Of a stretch of 64,000 bases of DNA, positions 1 to 11,232 are shown piece after piece. The DNA is from an uncultured Clostridium sp. (GTDB lineage: Bacteria; Bacillota; Clostridia; Clostridiales; Clostridiaceae), in contig NZ_CAMTIG010000007.1 in assembly GCF_947072515.1 (NCBI RefSeq), positions 106 to 64,105 on the forward strand, read 5' to 3'. The notes below the pieces were generated by a model. The model saw only the letters and a list, made by a program, of their open reading frames with translations. It was not told the origin of the DNA and searched no databases. The position numbers were made by a program, and so were the translations under genes. Numbering within the stretch: the stretch's first letter is position 1; every line of letters begins with the position of its first letter.

Positions 1-2179
1 ATTTTTGATTGCTTTTATCAGTTGTAGTTTTAGTAGTTTTAACAGCTGCTGCATTTGATGTCTTATCCCCTGTTGATGCAGTACCTGTTGGTTCAGTTGG
101 TTTTGTTGGATCTGGTTTTGTTGGATCCGGTTTTGTTGGATCTGGTTTTGTTATTTCCTCTGGTGGAGTAGTTGGTTCTGGTGCTTCATATTGAGCAACA
201 GTTATTGTAATAGCTGTATTTGGTGTAACACTATTACCAGCTCCTGGACTTACACTAATAACATTACCATCTTGACTCTTATCTGTTGTTTTTGATGTTT
301 GTACAGTAACATTAGTAAATCCTGCGTTACTTAATGCACCTTTAGCCGCATTTTCACTCATTCCAACTACTGATGGAATTGCTTGTGTTGTTGGTTTTGG
401 TGCTTGGTATTTTCCTACTGTAATTGTAATTGTAGTATTTTGATTTACAGTATTTCCAGATCCTGGACTTACACTAATAACATTTCCATCTTGACTTTGA
501 TCATTTGTAGTTGTTGTTTGAACAGAGACATTACTAAATCCTGCATTACTTAATGCATTTTCAGCTTGGCTTTGTGTCATTCCAACTACTGATGGAACTT
601 GCTGTGTAATAACTTTAGGACCTTTACTTATTACTAAAGTTACTCCATCAGTTTTTGCAACTTTACTTCCTGCTTGTGGTGTTGATGAAATAACCACTCC
701 TGCTTCTACACTATCACTATATTGAGCAGTATATAAAACTGAGTTAATACCTAACGCATTCAGTTGTTTTGTTGCTCCATCTTTACTTTCACCAGCTAAA
801 TTTGGAACAGTTATTTCGTCTACACCTTTACTAACTTCTACATTTACAGTAGTTCCTTTATTAACTGATGTACCTGCTGAAGGATTAACATTTAAAACAG
901 TTCCTTTTGGTGCTGAGTTTTGAACTTCAGTAAAGTTTCCAACTAAGCCTTCCTTTTCAAGTGCTGATTTAGCACTTGCTTCAGTCATCCCGACAACACT
1001 TGGCACTTGAACTTGTGCTGCTTTCTTTGATGTTCCTGAATTTAAGAACATAAATGCTGAGCCAGCTCCTAAAATAATTATAATTACTGCTATGGCTATT
1101 CCAATTAATAACCCTTTTTTAGTTTTCTTTTCTTCTTTATTTCTATCCTTTTTAGGTTCTATTTTCTCTTCATCTTCGTCTTCATCATAGTATTCATCAT
1201 CATCTTCATCATAATAATAATCATCATCTAAATCTTCATCATCTAGTCTATTTTCATCATTATTTTTAAACTCTTCTAAATCCTCTTCTTTAATAGGTGA
1301 CATTATTATTGTCTCTCCACCAACTTTTGAAGATCCTGATTTTTCTCCTATTGTCATATTAGGATTATCTTTTATCTTTTTTAAATCTTCAATTACTTCT
1401 TTTGCATTTGAATATCTATCATCTACATTTTTTTCTATACATTTTAGTATTATTTTACTATAACTCTCTGGTATCTTAGGATTAATTTCTCTTGGATCTA
1501 CTGGTTTCTCTTGAATATGTTTTAATGCAATGGTTACAGGTGAATCTCCATCAAATGGTACTTTTCCTGTTATCATTTCATACATAACTATTCCTAACGA
1601 ATAAATATCACTTCTATAATCTACCATGCCACCCTTTGCTTGTTCTGGTGAAAAATAGTGTGCTGATCCCATTATTGTACTAGTATTAGTTAAAGTTGCA
1701 GAATCAACAGATTTAGCTATTCCAAAATCTGTTACTTTTGCTCTTCCTTCAGTATTAACTAATATATTCTGCGGTTTTATATCTCTATGGACTATTCCGT
1801 TTTTATGAGCACATTCTAAAGCATTAGCTATTTGAAGAGAAATTCTTACTGCTGTTTCATAGCTAAGCTTCCCATATTCGTCTACTAAATCCTTTAATGT
1901 TTTACCATTAACATATTCCATAACAATATAGTTTTCGTTATCATCAGACCCTACATCTAATACATTAACTATATTACTATCTGAAAGCTTTGCAACTGCC
2001 ATAGCTTCGTCTTTAAACTTATCTACAATTTCTTTATTGTCTGCATATTCTTTTTTCAGAATTTTCACTGCAACAAAGCGATTTAATTTATTACATCTAG
2101 CTTTATATACAACTGCCATTCCACCTTCTCCAACTTTTTCAAGCAGTTCATATCTATTGCCTAGTACTTCCCCATTCAT
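1..2179 (-). CDS. prkC: Stk1/PrkC-family PASTA-domain Ser/Thr protein kinase (3' end just off window)
   Basis: Hand translation from ATG 2179: MNGEVLGNRYELLEKVGEGGMAVVYKA, VAVK, HRDIKPQNIL, DFG, GSAHYFSPEQ, DIYSLG; TM helix LLIGIAIAVIIILGAGSAFMFL; four PASTA-like repeats (VPSVVG, VPNLAG, VPSVVG, IPSVVG); open to position 1. Absent from the ORF track because it is truncated. Confidence 0.96.
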   Translation of the reverse strand, partial: MNGEVLGNRYELLEKVGEGGMAVVYKARCNKLNRFVAVKILKKEYADNKEIVDKFKDEAMAVAKLSDSNIVNVLDVGSDDNENYIVMEYVNGKTLKDLVDEYGKLSYETAVRISLQIANALECAHKNGIVHRDIKPQNILVNTEGRAKVTDFGIAKSVDSATLTNTSTIMGSAHYFSPEQAKGGMVDYRSDIYSLGIVMYEMITGKVPFDGDSPVTIALKHIQEKPVDPREINPKIPESYSKIILKCIEKNVDDRYSNAKEVIEDLKKIKDNPNMTIGEKSGSSKVGGETIIMSPIKEEDLEEFKNNDENRLDDEDLDDDYYYDEDDDEYYDEDEDEEKIEPKKDRNKEEKKTKKGLLIGIAIAVIIIILGAGSAFMFLNSGTSKKAAQVQVPSVVGMTEASAKSALEKEGLVGNFTEVQNSAPKGTVLNVNPSAGTSVNKGTTVNVEVSKGVDEITVPNLAGESKDGATKQLNALGINSVLYTAQYSDSVEAGVVISSTPQAGSKVAKTDGVTLVISKGPKVITQQVPSVVGMTQSQAENALSNAGFSNVSVQTTTTNDQSQDGNVISVSPGSGNTVNQNTTITITVGKYQAPKPTTQAIPSVVGMSENAAKGALSNAGFTNVTVQTSKTTDKSQDGNVISVSPGAGNSVTPNTAITITVAQYEAPEPTTPPEEITKPDPTKPDPTKPDPTKPTEPTGTASTGDKTSNAAAVKTTKTTTDKSNQK
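98..152 (-). repeat. 15-bp tandem repeat, about 3.7 copies, encoding (TKPDP)n in the kinase tail
   Basis: TGGTTTTGTTGGATC units at 98-112, 113-127, 128-142 (one C variant) and a partial copy at 143-152. Confidence 0.95.
188..598 (-). repeat. Internal duplication of PASTA domains 3 and 4 (219-bp period)
   Basis: Units 407-598 and 188-379 align without gaps, 44/64 identical residues by hand count; shared DNA block CCTGGACTTACACTAATAACATT. Confidence 0.9.
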
Positions 2180-2180
2180 A

Positions 2181-2891
2181 TTATATATCTCCTCCAAACA
2201 ACATCACAGTTATATTATCCTTGCCTCCATTTTCTTTAGCTTTTTCAACTAATTTGTGGCAAGAATCCTCTTTCTCTTCTGAAATTATTTCTTTAATTTT
2301 TTCAATATTTACCTCATTTGTAAGTCCATCTGTACATAAAAGGTATTTATCAAAATCCTCTATATTAAATTCAAAAATATCAACTTTTAAATCTAATTCT
2401 GTTCCTAATGCTCTAGTTATTATATTTCTATTAGGATGATTTTTTGCTTGCTCATAAGAAATACTTCCCATATCTACTAATTGTTGAACTAATGAATGAT
2501 CTTTTGTTAACTTAGTTATTTTTCCATCTTTTAAGCCAAAACAAGAACTGTCCCCTACATTAGCAATAATTATATCATTACCAACTCTTAGTATAGCTGT
2601 AATAGTTGTTCCCATTCCACTTAATTCATTGTTTTCTTTAGAATAATTATAAATTTCTTCATTAGTTTTTTCAATCGCTATTTTAAGGCTGTCTTTTAAG
2701 TGTACATCTATAGTTTCTCTCACTATTTCTATAACTCTAGTTACAGCCATTTTGCTAGCTATCTCTCCAGCATTATGTCCGCCCATTCCATCAGCTACAA
2801 TATATAAACCATAATTCTCCACTTCAAAAAAATCACAGTAATCTTCGTTTAAACTCCTCGTACAACCAACATCACTTTTATACTCTATCAT
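2181..2891 (-). CDS. stp1: Stp1/PrpC PP2C-family Ser/Thr phosphatase
   Basis: SDVG..R..NED, VADGMGGH, GMGTT, NVGDS, DHSLV, LLCTDGLTN, GGKDNITV; directly upstream of the kinase. Confidence 0.95.
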   Translation of the reverse strand: MIEYKSDVGCTRSLNEDYCDFFEVENYGLYIVADGMGGHNAGEIASKMAVTRVIEIVRETIDVHLKDSLKIAIEKTNEEIYNYSKENNELSGMGTTITAILRVGNDIIIANVGDSSCFGLKDGKITKLTKDHSLVQQLVDMGSISYEQAKNHPNRNIITRALGTELDLKVDIFEFNIEDFDKYLLCTDGLTNEVNIEKIKEIISEEKEDSCHKLVEKAKENGGKDNITVMLFGGDI

Positions 2892-2902
2892 AACATTACT
2901 CC

Positions 2903-3943
2903 TTAGGATTTATTTTTTATATAGCTCCTTCTAAGTTGCCCACAAGCTGCATTTATATCGCTACCCATCTCTCTTCTGACAGTCGCTTCTACTCCTGCAT
3001 CTTTCAATATTTTTGCAAAATCCTCTATTGTTTTCTCTGAAGATCTTTTAAATGAATTTTCTTTTATTTCATTTACTGGTATTAAATTCACATGGCAAAG
3101 CATACCTTTTAGGAGCTTACCTAATGCTTTCGCATCTTCTTTTCCATCATTTACATCTTTAACTAACGAATATTCAAATGTTACTCTTCTATTTGTTCTA
3201 TCTATAAAATTTCTACATTCATCTAAAATTTCATCTATAGAATATTTATTAGCTATAGGCATTATAACTCTTCTCTTTTCATCAGTAGTTGCATGTAATG
3301 ATATTGCTAAGGTAACATTTAGCCCTTCATTTGCTAAATTTCTTATCTCTGGAACTAATCCACAAGTTGATAATGTTATATGCCTTTGACCTATATTTAG
3401 ACCATATTCAGCATTGACTTCTTTTAAAAATTTAACTACATTATCATAATTATCTAATGGTTCTCCACTCCCCATTAATACAATATTAGAAATCCTTTCA
3501 CCTTCTATTTCTGTAGCTCTTAAAACTTCACTTAAAATCTCTCCTGAAGTTAAGTTTCTTATTCTACCTTCAATAGTCGATGCACAAAACTTACATCCCA
3601 TTCTACACCCAACTTGAGTAGAAACGCAAATAGTATTTCCATGCTTATATTTCATAATTACTGATTCTATTAAATTGCCATCTTCTAGCTCTAAAAGCAT
3701 CTTTTTAGTTCCATCAATATCTGATTTATAAACCTCTACTACTTCTGGTATATAAATTTTAAAATTATCTGATAATTTTTCTTTTAATGACTTAGGAATG
3801 TTTTTCATTTCTTCAAATGAAAATACACCTTTATAAATCCATGAAAAAACTTGTTTTGCTCTAAATGCACTTTCTCCATTTTCTTTAAGCCATCCACTTA
3901 ATTCTTCTATATTATAGTCTAATAAATTTTTCATTTTTTCCAC
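2903..3943 (-). CDS. rlmN: Dual-specificity 23S rRNA/tRNA methyltransferase RlmN
   Basis: [15 protein letters not shown] radical-SAM motif, [16 protein letters not shown]. Confidence 0.97.
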   Translation of the reverse strand: MEKMKNLLDYNIEELSGWLKENGESAFRAKQVFSWIYKGVFSFEEMKNIPKSLKEKLSDNFKIYIPEVVEVYKSDIDGTKKMLLELEDGNLIESVIMKYKHGNTICVSTQVGCRMGCKFCASTIEGRIRNLTSGEILSEVLRATEIEGERISNIVLMGSGEPLDNYDNVVKFLKEVNAEYGLNIGQRHITLSTCGLVPEIRNLANEGLNVTLAISLHATTDEKRRVIMPIANKYSIDEILDECRNFIDRTNRRVTFEYSLVKDVNDGKEDAKALGKLLKGMLCHVNLIPVNEIKENSFKRSSEKTIEDFAKILKDAGVEATVRREMGSDINAACGQLRRSYIKNKS

Positions 3944-3945
3944 CT

Positions 3946-5265
3946 TTAAATCTTTTTTAGTTTTGCTATGAAAAATCCATCCATATTTTTATTTGGTAAT
4001 ATTGTTACCATACCTTCTTTAGTATATTCTATATTATCAAAAGTTCCAAGATTTATCTCTTCTATTAGACAATCTTTAAAATTTTCTTTAAACCATCTTA
4101 CATTCTTTTCATTTTCTTTATTATTTAAAGTACATGTAGAATAAATCATAGTTCCACCAACTTTTAAATATTTCCATGAATTTTCCATAATTTCTCTTTG
4201 AATTTTCACTATTTCTTTTAAATCTTTTATACTCTTATTCCACTTTATCTCTGGCTTTCTACTTATGATTCCAAGTCCTGAACAAGGAACATCAAGTAAA
4301 ACTCTATCACCTTTATTTATTAAACTTTCATTTAATTCTCTTCCATCCATTTGACTAAGCTCTACATTTGTAATTCCAAGTCTATTACAGTTTTCTTTTA
4401 TTAAGTTCAATTTATTTTCATGTAGGTCAAAAGCTAAAACTTTTCCTGTATTATTTAACAATTCTGCTATATGTGTTGTTTTTCCACCTGGTGCACTGCA
4501 TATATCTAATATAATATCATTTTCTTCTACACCTAGTATTTGTCCAACTAACATAGCACTTTGATCTTGCACAGTACATTTACCTTCATTAAATAATTTA
4601 TTTCCTTCGACAGAACTTCCATTTTTTATTATGATCCCATTTTTAGCTACTTCTGTTTTTTCTACTTTATATCCCAATTCTTCTAGTTCACTAAAAGCTG
4701 CATCGCAATTTGTTTTTAATTCATTCACTCTTAATGTTATTCCCGGAGTTTCATTTAAGCCTTCCATTATTCTTAATGCCTTATCTTGCCCATACTGTTT
4801 AATAAATAAATCTACCATCCATGGTTCAAAAGAATACTCATAAGCTATTTTTTCTTTACTTGTTGGACATTTTATTTTTATATTGCCTTCTTTTTTCAGA
4901 TAATTTCTTAAAACTCCATTTACCAACTTAGAACTTTGAAATGATACTTTTTTAGCTTGTTCTACAGCTTCATTACACGCTGCATAACTTGGAATTTTAT
5001 CTAAAAATCTTAGTTGATAAACAGCTGCTCTAAGTATATTTAAAATTCTTTTATCCATTATACTTAAATCTTTAACAAAACTTCCAATTATTATATCTAA
5101 AGTTCTTTTACGTCTTATAGTTCCATAAACTATCTCAGTTACTAAAGCTTTATCTTTAGAGTTTAAATCACTACTATCTAATTCTTTAGATAAAGCTATA
5201 TTAGAATATGCGCCCTCTAATAAGACTCTATTTAACACTTTTATAGCTATGCTTCTGCTATTCAT
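3946..5265 (-). CDS. rsmB: 16S rRNA m5C967 methyltransferase RsmB (Sun)
   Basis: NusB-like N-terminus, [33 protein letters not shown]. Confidence 0.96.
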   Translation of the reverse strand: MNSRSIAIKVLNRVLLEGAYSNIALSKELDSSDLNSKDKALVTEIVYGTIRRKRTLDIIIGSFVKDLSIMDKRILNILRAAVYQLRFLDKIPSYAACNEAVEQAKKVSFQSSKLVNGVLRNYLKKEGNIKIKCPTSKEKIAYEYSFEPWMVDLFIKQYGQDKALRIMEGLNETPGITLRVNELKTNCDAAFSELEELGYKVEKTEVAKNGIIIKNGSSVEGNKLFNEGKCTVQDQSAMLVGQILGVEENDIILDICSAPGGKTTHIAELLNNTGKVLAFDLHENKLNLIKENCNRLGITNVELSQMDGRELNESLINKGDRVLLDVPCSGLGIISRKPEIKWNKSIKDLKEIVKIQREIMENSWKYLKVGGTMIYSTCTLNNKENEKNVRWFKENFKDCLIEEINLGTFDNIEYTKEGMVTILPNKNMDGFFIAKLKKI

Positions 5266-5286
5266 AAAATACCTCGTCTTTCACTT

Positions 5287-6216
5287 TTATCCTAAAGTCT
5301 CATTTACTTCTATACTGTGTCCATTTATATATTGTTCTATTGTTAATGGCTTTCCATTTGGAAACTGTATTTTTTCTATTAAAATTTTTCCTACTTTAGC
5401 CTTTACTAAAATGCCTTCTTTTGTTACCTTTTCTATTTTACCAAAATCATCATTTTCACCATCTTCTTGGTAAACCTTTGTTTGATAAACTTTCATAGGC
5501 ATATCTTTATATTTTGTATGAGCTATCGGCCATGGATTTAAGCCTCTAACTTTATTATGTATTTCTCTTGCACTCATACTAAAATCCAATATCCCTGTAT
5601 CTTTATTTAGCATTTTTGCATAGAAAGTTTCATCACTTTGTTTTTCCCCTTTAATAGTTTTATTTTTTATTCCCTCAATAGTCTCTATTAAAAGATTTGC
5701 TCCTCTTTCCTTTAAAATATCATAAAGTTCTCCTGCTGTCATACTTTCTGTAATTTCTACCTCATCTTTTAAAAGCATATCTCCTGTATCTACTCCAGCA
5801 TCCATAAACATAGTAGTATTCCCAGATATTTTTTCTCCATTTATTATAGCCCAGTTTATAGGTGCTGCCCCTCTATACATAGGTAATATTGATCCATGTA
5901 AGTTAATGCATCCAAGCTTTGGTATATCTAAAACTTCTTGTGTTAAAATTTGTCCAAAAGCAATTACTATTATAAAGTCTGGCTCCATATCTTTTAACTG
6001 TTGAATCATTTCTTTATCATCTTTTAATTTTATTGGTTGAAAAACTTCTATATCATGTTTTATAGCAACTTCTTTTACTTCAGAAATACCTAATTTTTTC
6101 CCTCTACCTTTTTTCTTATCTGGTTGAGTAAATATTGCCATTACACCATATTCTTTTATTAATCTCTCTAGAGAAGGAACTGCAAAATCTGGCGTTCCCA
6201 TAAAAACTATCTTCAA
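5287..6216 (-). CDS. fmt: Methionyl-tRNA formyltransferase
   Basis: [31 protein letters not shown]. Confidence 0.97.
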   Translation of the reverse strand: MKIVFMGTPDFAVPSLERLIKEYGVMAIFTQPDKKKGRGKKLGISEVKEVAIKHDIEVFQPIKLKDDKEMIQQLKDMEPDFIIVIAFGQILTQEVLDIPKLGCINLHGSILPMYRGAAPINWAIINGEKISGNTTMFMDAGVDTGDMLLKDEVEITESMTAGELYDILKERGANLLIETIEGIKNKTIKGEKQSDETFYAKMLNKDTGILDFSMSAREIHNKVRGLNPWPIAHTKYKDMPMKVYQTKVYQEDGENDDFGKIEKVTKEGILVKAKVGKILIEKIQFPNGKPLTIEQYINGHSIEVNETLG

Positions 6217-6229
6217 ATTAAATTCCTCC

Positions 6230-6676
6230 TTACTTTTCTACTTTATCTAAAAATATAATTCCTTCTAAATGGTCATATTCATGACAAATTGCTCTTGCTA
6301 AGAATTCTTCTGCTTCTAAAATAAATTCTTCTCCATTTTCATTTAAAGCTTTTACTTTAACATAGTTTGGTCTATCTACATCTCCAAACTCCCCTGGAGT
6401 ACTAAGACAGCCTTCTTCTCCTAATTGATTACCTTTAGTTTCTAATATTTCTGGATTTATAAATATTCTTGCACCTTCATCATCATATACATCCACTACA
6501 AATATTCTTTTTAGTATCCCAACTTGTGGTGCTGCAAGACCTACACCATCTGCTTCATACATAGTATCTATCATATCCTCAATTAAAGTTAAAGTTCTGT
6601 TATCTATCTTTTCAACAACCTTACTTTTTTTTCTTAATACATCGTCACCTTGTTTTCTTATATTTCTTATTGCCAT
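6230..6676 (-). CDS. def: Peptide deformylase
   Basis: [23 protein letters not shown]. Confidence 0.97.
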   Translation of the reverse strand: MAIRNIRKQGDDVLRKKSKVVEKIDNRTLTLIEDMIDTMYEADGVGLAAPQVGILKRIFVVDVYDDEGARIFINPEILETKGNQLGEEGCLSTPGEFGDVDRPNYVKVKALNENGEEFILEAEEFLARAICHEYDHLEGIIFLDKVEK

Positions 6677-6687
6677 CTTTTCTCCTC

Positions 6688-8877
6688 CTACAACAAATTG
6701 TTTGGGTTAATATCTATACTTATTCTTATTTCATTATAAACACTCTTATTTAATTTATAAAGTTTATCTTTCAATTTTAAGATTTTTTTATATTCTAAGT
6801 TACCTTTTATTATTATACTATACCTATAAAAACCTCTTACTTTTCCCACTATACATTTAGTAGGCCCTAAAACTTCTGCATCTTCTAGCTTTTCTTTTCT
6901 TAGTTCATTTGCAATAATGTTCATATGATTCCTTAATTTTTCTTCATCTTTAGATAACCCTTTAATATATATTATTTTACCAAAAGGTGGGTAGTTCATC
7001 AATTTTCTAATAGTTAATTCTTCTTTAAACATTTTTTTATAATCATTGTTTTTTGCAAATTTTATATATGGATTTTCAGGGTCATATGTCTGAACTATAA
7101 CACTCCCTCTTTCTTTATCTCTTCCAGCTCTTCCTGCAACTTGAGTTATTAAATCAAAAGTTCTTTCTCCTGCTCTATAATCAGGAATATTAGTAGACAT
7201 ATCAGCAGCAAGTATTCCAACTAAATGCACATCTTTAAAATCATGGCCTTTAGTAATCATTTGAGTACCTATTAATATATCTCCTTCTCCACTTTTAAAT
7301 TTATTATAAATCTCTTCATATGCATTTTTATTTTTTGTTGTATCTCTATCCATTCTAAGAACTTTTGCATCTTTAAAATATTTTTTCACTTCTGTTTCAA
7401 CTTTTTCTGTACCTGAGCCAAAAAATTTAACATATTTACTATTACATTTAGGACAAGTTTTTACGTTTTCTTTTTTCGCTCCACAATAGTTACAACTTAA
7501 ATATCCTTCTTTATGATACACCATTGATATATCGCACTTTTCACATTTAAATACATATCCACAGCTTCTACATGATACAAATGTCGAGAATCCTTTTCTA
7601 TTTAAAAATAAAATTATCTGTTTCTTGTTTTCAAGGGCTAATTTCATTTCTCTATATAATCGTCTACTAAACATTGAAAGATTTTTCTTTTTAAGTTCCT
7701 CTCTCATGTCTACTATACTGATTTCAGGCATTTCTCTATTAAATATTCTATTTTTTAATTCTACAAGTTCAAGTTTTCCAACTAAAGCATCTGCATAACT
7801 TTCAACTGAAGGTGTTGCAGAACCTAAAATATATTTTATATTTTTCATTTCACTTAAATATTCACAAACTTCTTTTGTTTCGTACTTAGGATTTGTTTCT
7901 GATTTATATGTTGTTTCATGCTCTTCATCTACAATTATTAATCCTAATTCTTGGATAGGCATAAATAGCGCACTTCTAGCACCTACAACTAATTTACATT
8001 TTCCATCTTTTGCTCTATTCCATTCATCAAATCTCTCTCCATCAGAAAGTTTACTATGAAAAACACCCACTTCTTCTCCAAATCGTCTTTTAAATCTCTC
8101 TATCATTTGTGGTGTAAGTGATATTTCCGGAACAAGTACTATAGCACCTTTGCCTTTTTCTAATTGCTCTTCTACTAACTCCATATAAATTTCTGTTTTC
8201 CCTGAACCAGTAACACCATGAATTAGTATTCCCTTTTTCTCAGTTTTCTTTATTTTTTCTAATACTATTTTCTGATCATTAGTTAAAATCTTTTTTTCTT
8301 CTCTACCATAACTTCTATCATTATATCTATATACAACTTCTTCTTCTGTTTTTAGAAATCCTTTTTTTATAGAATTATTTAAAATATAAGATGAAAATCC
8401 CTTTTCAATTATCTCTGCTTTAGTTAATCCTTTATTCCGTTTTATAAAGCTATGTAGTTTTATGTAATTTTCTTTTTTAGAATATTCTTCTGATAATTCT
8501 TCTTTAACATCTATAATTGTCTTCTTTTTTTCTTTAATTCCTCGTGTTATTCCTGTTGGTACTAGAACTCTTATTGCATCTATATACTTACAGAGAGTTC
8601 TTTCTCTTAGAAAATACATCATTTGAATATTCTCTCTTGTTAATATAGGTTCTTCATCTAATATTTTACTTATTGATTTTAATTTATAATTTCCTTCAAC
8701 TTCTGTTTTTAAAGAAATTACATATCCTTGAAGAAATCCTTTTATTGAGCCAAATGAAACATTCACTCTATGTCCTACTTGAATTTTATCTTTCATTTCT
8801 TCTTTTATTTTATATGTAAATGGTCTATCTATTTCTATTGCTTCACTATTTATTATTATTTCTGCATAAAGCTCCAT
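6688..8877 (-). CDS. priA: Primosomal protein N' (PriA)
   Basis: [18 protein letters not shown], two CxxC pairs, GTQMITKG. Start is probably ATG 8877 (AAAGGTGG upstream); the ORF track uses GTG 8892. Confidence 0.96.
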   Translation of the reverse strand: MELYAEIIINSEAIEIDRPFTYKIKEEMKDKIQVGHRVNVSFGSIKGFLQGYVISLKTEVEGNYKLKSISKILDEEPILTRENIQMMYFLRERTLCKYIDAIRVLVPTGITRGIKEKKKTIIDVKEELSEEYSKKENYIKLHSFIKRNKGLTKAEIIEKGFSSYILNNSIKKGFLKTEEEVVYRYNDRSYGREEKKILTNDQKIVLEKIKKTEKKGILIHGVTGSGKTEIYMELVEEQLEKGKGAIVLVPEISLTPQMIERFKRRFGEEVGVFHSKLSDGERFDEWNRAKDGKCKLVVGARSALFMPIQELGLIIVDEEHETTYKSETNPKYETKEVCEYLSEMKNIKYILGSATPSVESYADALVGKLELVELKNRIFNREMPEISIVDMREELKKKNLSMFSRRLYREMKLALENKKQIILFLNRKGFSTFVSCRSCGYVFKCEKCDISMVYHKEGYLSCNYCGAKKENVKTCPKCNSKYVKFFGSGTEKVETEVKKYFKDAKVLRMDRDTTKNKNAYEEIYNKFKSGEGDILIGTQMITKGHDFKDVHLVGILAADMSTNIPDYRAGERTFDLITQVAGRAGRDKERGSVIVQTYDPENPYIKFAKNNDYKKMFKEELTIRKLMNYPPFGKIIYIKGLSKDEEKLRNHMNIIANELRKEKLEDAEVLGPTKCIVGKVRGFYRYSIIIKGNLEYKKILKLKDKLYKLNKSVYNEIRISIDINPNNLL

Positions 8878-8906
8878 TTTAAAATAAACCACCTTTCTAA
8901 TATAAT

Positions 8907-8932
8907 AAGAAAGCGCCTTTTAGCGCTTTCTT
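8907..8932 (-). terminator. Hairpin between coaBC and priA
   Basis: AAGAAAGCGC-N6-GCGCTTTCTT 10-bp stem; only a weak U tract on the minus strand. Confidence 0.55.
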
Positions 8933-8937
8933 AAAAC

Positions 8938-10122
8938 TTACTTTAATATAATATCAAATATATTTTTTGCAACTTCTCTTTTACTCATAGTATCTAATTC
9001 ATTTATATTTCCTTCTTTAGAAATTATAAATACTTTATTATCATCAGATCCAAATCCTGTTTCCTTAGCTGTAATATCATTAGCAACTATGAAGTCTAGA
9101 TTTTTCTTTTCTATTTTCTTTTTTGCATTCTCTATTAACGAATTACTTTCCGCTGCAAATCCAACTAATATTTTATTTTCTTTTAAAGTTCCAAGTTCTA
9201 ATAATATATCATTATCTCTAACTAAAGAGATATTTAACTCATCACCTGTTTTTTTTATTTTTTCAGCACTATAAATTTTAGGTTTATAGTCTGCTACAGC
9301 TGCTGATTTAATAATAATATCTGCTTCTTTAAAAGAATCTAAAACAGCCTCTCTCATTTCACTATTTGTTTCTACATTTATTAACTTTATTCCATTAGGA
9401 CATTCTATATTCTTTGCTCCTGATATAAGTGTTACATTAGCACCTCTATCTCTTGCTTCAGTAGCTATAGCATATCCCATTTTACCACTTGAATTGTTTG
9501 TTATATATCTTACTGGATCTATTTTGGCTTTAGTTGGCCCTGCTGTTACAAGAACATTTTTCCCAACCAAATCTTTTTTTGGATATAATATTTTTAAAAC
9601 TTCATCAACAATTACCTCTGGTTTAGGTAATTTTCCTTTACCTATATCACCACAAGCAAGTCGTCCTGAATCAGGTTCAATGAACTCATATCCTAACTTC
9701 TTAAGTTTTGCTATATTTTCTTGCACTATTGGATTTTCATACATATTTGTATTCATAGCTGGTGCAAATATAACTTTAGATTTAGTAGCCATAATTGTTG
9801 TTGTTAACATATCATCAGCAATTCCATTTGCTACCTTTCCAATTACATTAGCTGTAGCAGGTGCTATAAGCATAATATCTGCTTCTTGTGCTAAGCTAAT
9901 ATGCTGGATTTCCCAGGCTTTTGGTTCTGCAAACATATCAGTTACAACCATATTTTGACTTATTGATTGAAATGTTAAAGGTGTTACAAACTTTGTTGCA
10001 GATTCTGTCATGATAACTTTTGTTTTCACTGCTTTTTTTCTTAAAGCACTTACTATATCTAATGCTTTATAAACAGCTATACCACCAGTAACACCAATTA
10101 CAACACACTTATCCTTATACAT
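8938..10122 (-). CDS. coaBC: Phosphopantothenoylcysteine decarboxylase/ligase CoaBC
   Basis: GVTGGIAVYK, APATAN, PAMNTNM, LACGDIGKG, TAGPT..IDPVRYI.N.SSGKMG, AAVADY, VGFAAE. Confidence 0.97.
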   Translation of the reverse strand: MYKDKCVVIGVTGGIAVYKALDIVSALRKKAVKTKVIMTESATKFVTPLTFQSISQNMVVTDMFAEPKAWEIQHISLAQEADIMLIAPATANVIGKVANGIADDMLTTTIMATKSKVIFAPAMNTNMYENPIVQENIAKLKKLGYEFIEPDSGRLACGDIGKGKLPKPEVIVDEVLKILYPKKDLVGKNVLVTAGPTKAKIDPVRYITNNSSGKMGYAIATEARDRGANVTLISGAKNIECPNGIKLINVETNSEMREAVLDSFKEADIIIKSAAVADYKPKIYSAEKIKKTGDELNISLVRDNDILLELGTLKENKILVGFAAESNSLIENAKKKIEKKNLDFIVANDITAKETGFGSDDNKVFIISKEGNINELDTMSKREVAKNIFDIILK

Positions 10123-10127
10123 AACTT

Positions 10128-10340
10128 TTACTTTTCCTCTGGTACTTCAAATTCAAATTTATCTTCATATACTTCATTTATAGCTATAGTTAATGGTTTT
10201 ACTGATTTTACATCACTTAATGGCTTACTACCTGCTATTATTTGTCTTGCTCTTTTTGAAGTTACAGTTACCAATGTGTATCTGTCATCTACCTTTTTTA
10301 ATAATTCAACTACCGATGGATTAATCATAGAGTTGCTCAT
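10128..10340 (-). CDS. rpoZ: RNA polymerase omega subunit
   Basis: PSVVELL..VDDRYTLV..TSKRARQI, KPLTIA; follows gmk. Confidence 0.93.
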   Translation of the reverse strand: MSNSMINPSVVELLKKVDDRYTLVTVTSKRARQIIAGSKPLSDVKSVKPLTIAINEVYEDKFEFEVPEEK

Positions 10341-10950
10341 GTATAAAACCCTCCTTAGAATCTAATATTTTTTCTTTTATTCTATCTACTCTGCATTTTT
10401 CTGTTGTTATTATAGCTTCGATTTTTTCTACTGCTACATCAACTCTGTCATTTACAACTGCATAATTATATTTTGAAATATAATTAATTTCTTTGTAAGC
10501 TGACTTAAATCTAGTCATTAAAGATTCTGGTGTTTCACTTCCTCTTTTAATGATTCTTTGTTTTAATTCTTCCATTGATGGTGGAAGAATAAATATAAAT
10601 ATACCATCTTCACAATTTTCTTTAACTTTTAGTGCACCTTGTATATCTATTTCTAAAATAACATTTTTCCCACTATCTAATAGTTTTTCTACATCTGTTT
10701 TAGGTGTTCCATAATAGTTTCCATAAACTTCTGCATATTCAAGAAATTCGTTATCTTTTATTCTTTCTTCAAAAGTCTCTCTAGTTATAAAGTGATAGTT
10801 TATACCATCTACTTCACCTGTTCTAGGACTTCTTGTAGTTGCAGAAACCGATATATGTAAATCATCTCTTTTTTCTAAAAGTGCTTTACATATAGTTCCT
10901 TTACCTGCACCTGATGGTCCAGATATAACTAATAAAACGCCTCTTTTCAT
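10321..10950 (-). CDS. gmk: Guanylate kinase
   Basis: GPSGAGKGT, SATTRSPR.GEVDG..Y.F, YYGT, EIDIQG, FILPPS. Confidence 0.97.
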   Translation of the reverse strand: MKRGVLLVISGPSGAGKGTICKALLEKRDDLHISVSATTRSPRTGEVDGINYHFITRETFEERIKDNEFLEYAEVYGNYYGTPKTDVEKLLDSGKNVILEIDIQGALKVKENCEDGIFIFILPPSMEELKQRIIKRGSETPESLMTRFKSAYKEINYISKYNYAVVNDRVDVAVEKIEAIITTEKCRVDRIKEKILDSKEGFIHEQLYD

Positions 10951-11219
10951 TATTCGTCTACCTCATCGTCATGATCATCTTTACTTGATAATCTATGTGC
11001 TACTGTTTCAGGTTGAACAGCTGATAAAATAACATGATCACTGTCTGTTATAATTACCGCTCTAGTTCTTCTTCCATAAGTTGCATCAATTAGCATACCT
11101 CTATCTCTTGCTTCTTGGATTATTCTTTTTATTGGTGCTGATTCTGGACTTACAATCGCAACTAATCTATTAGCAGAAACTATGTTTCCAAATCCAATGT
11201 TTATTAATTTTATGCCCAT
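10950..11219 (-). CDS. remA: RemA/YlzA (DUF370) regulator
   Basis: [43 protein letters not shown]. Start moved to ATG 11219 (GGAGG RBS); the track start 11270 overlaps the upstream gene. Confidence 0.92.
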   Translation of the reverse strand: MGIKLINIGFGNIVSANRLVAIVSPESAPIKRIIQEARDRGMLIDATYGRRTRAVIITDSDHVILSAVQPETVAHRLSSKDDHDDEVDE

Positions 11220-11232
11220 TTTATTCCTCCTA

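Noticed and set aside
9-194. + strand ORF with GFVGS repeats
   Set aside because: It is the antisense reading of the kinase (TKPDP)n repeat and has no RBS.
5265-5287. No gene between fmt and rsmB, no greA after udk, and a single U32 gene
   Set aside because: Gene-order differences from my recollection of other Firmicutes; such variation is common and cannot be verified without comparison genomes.
10321-10340. 20-nt overlap of gmk and rpoZ
   Set aside because: Common translational coupling in this conserved operon.
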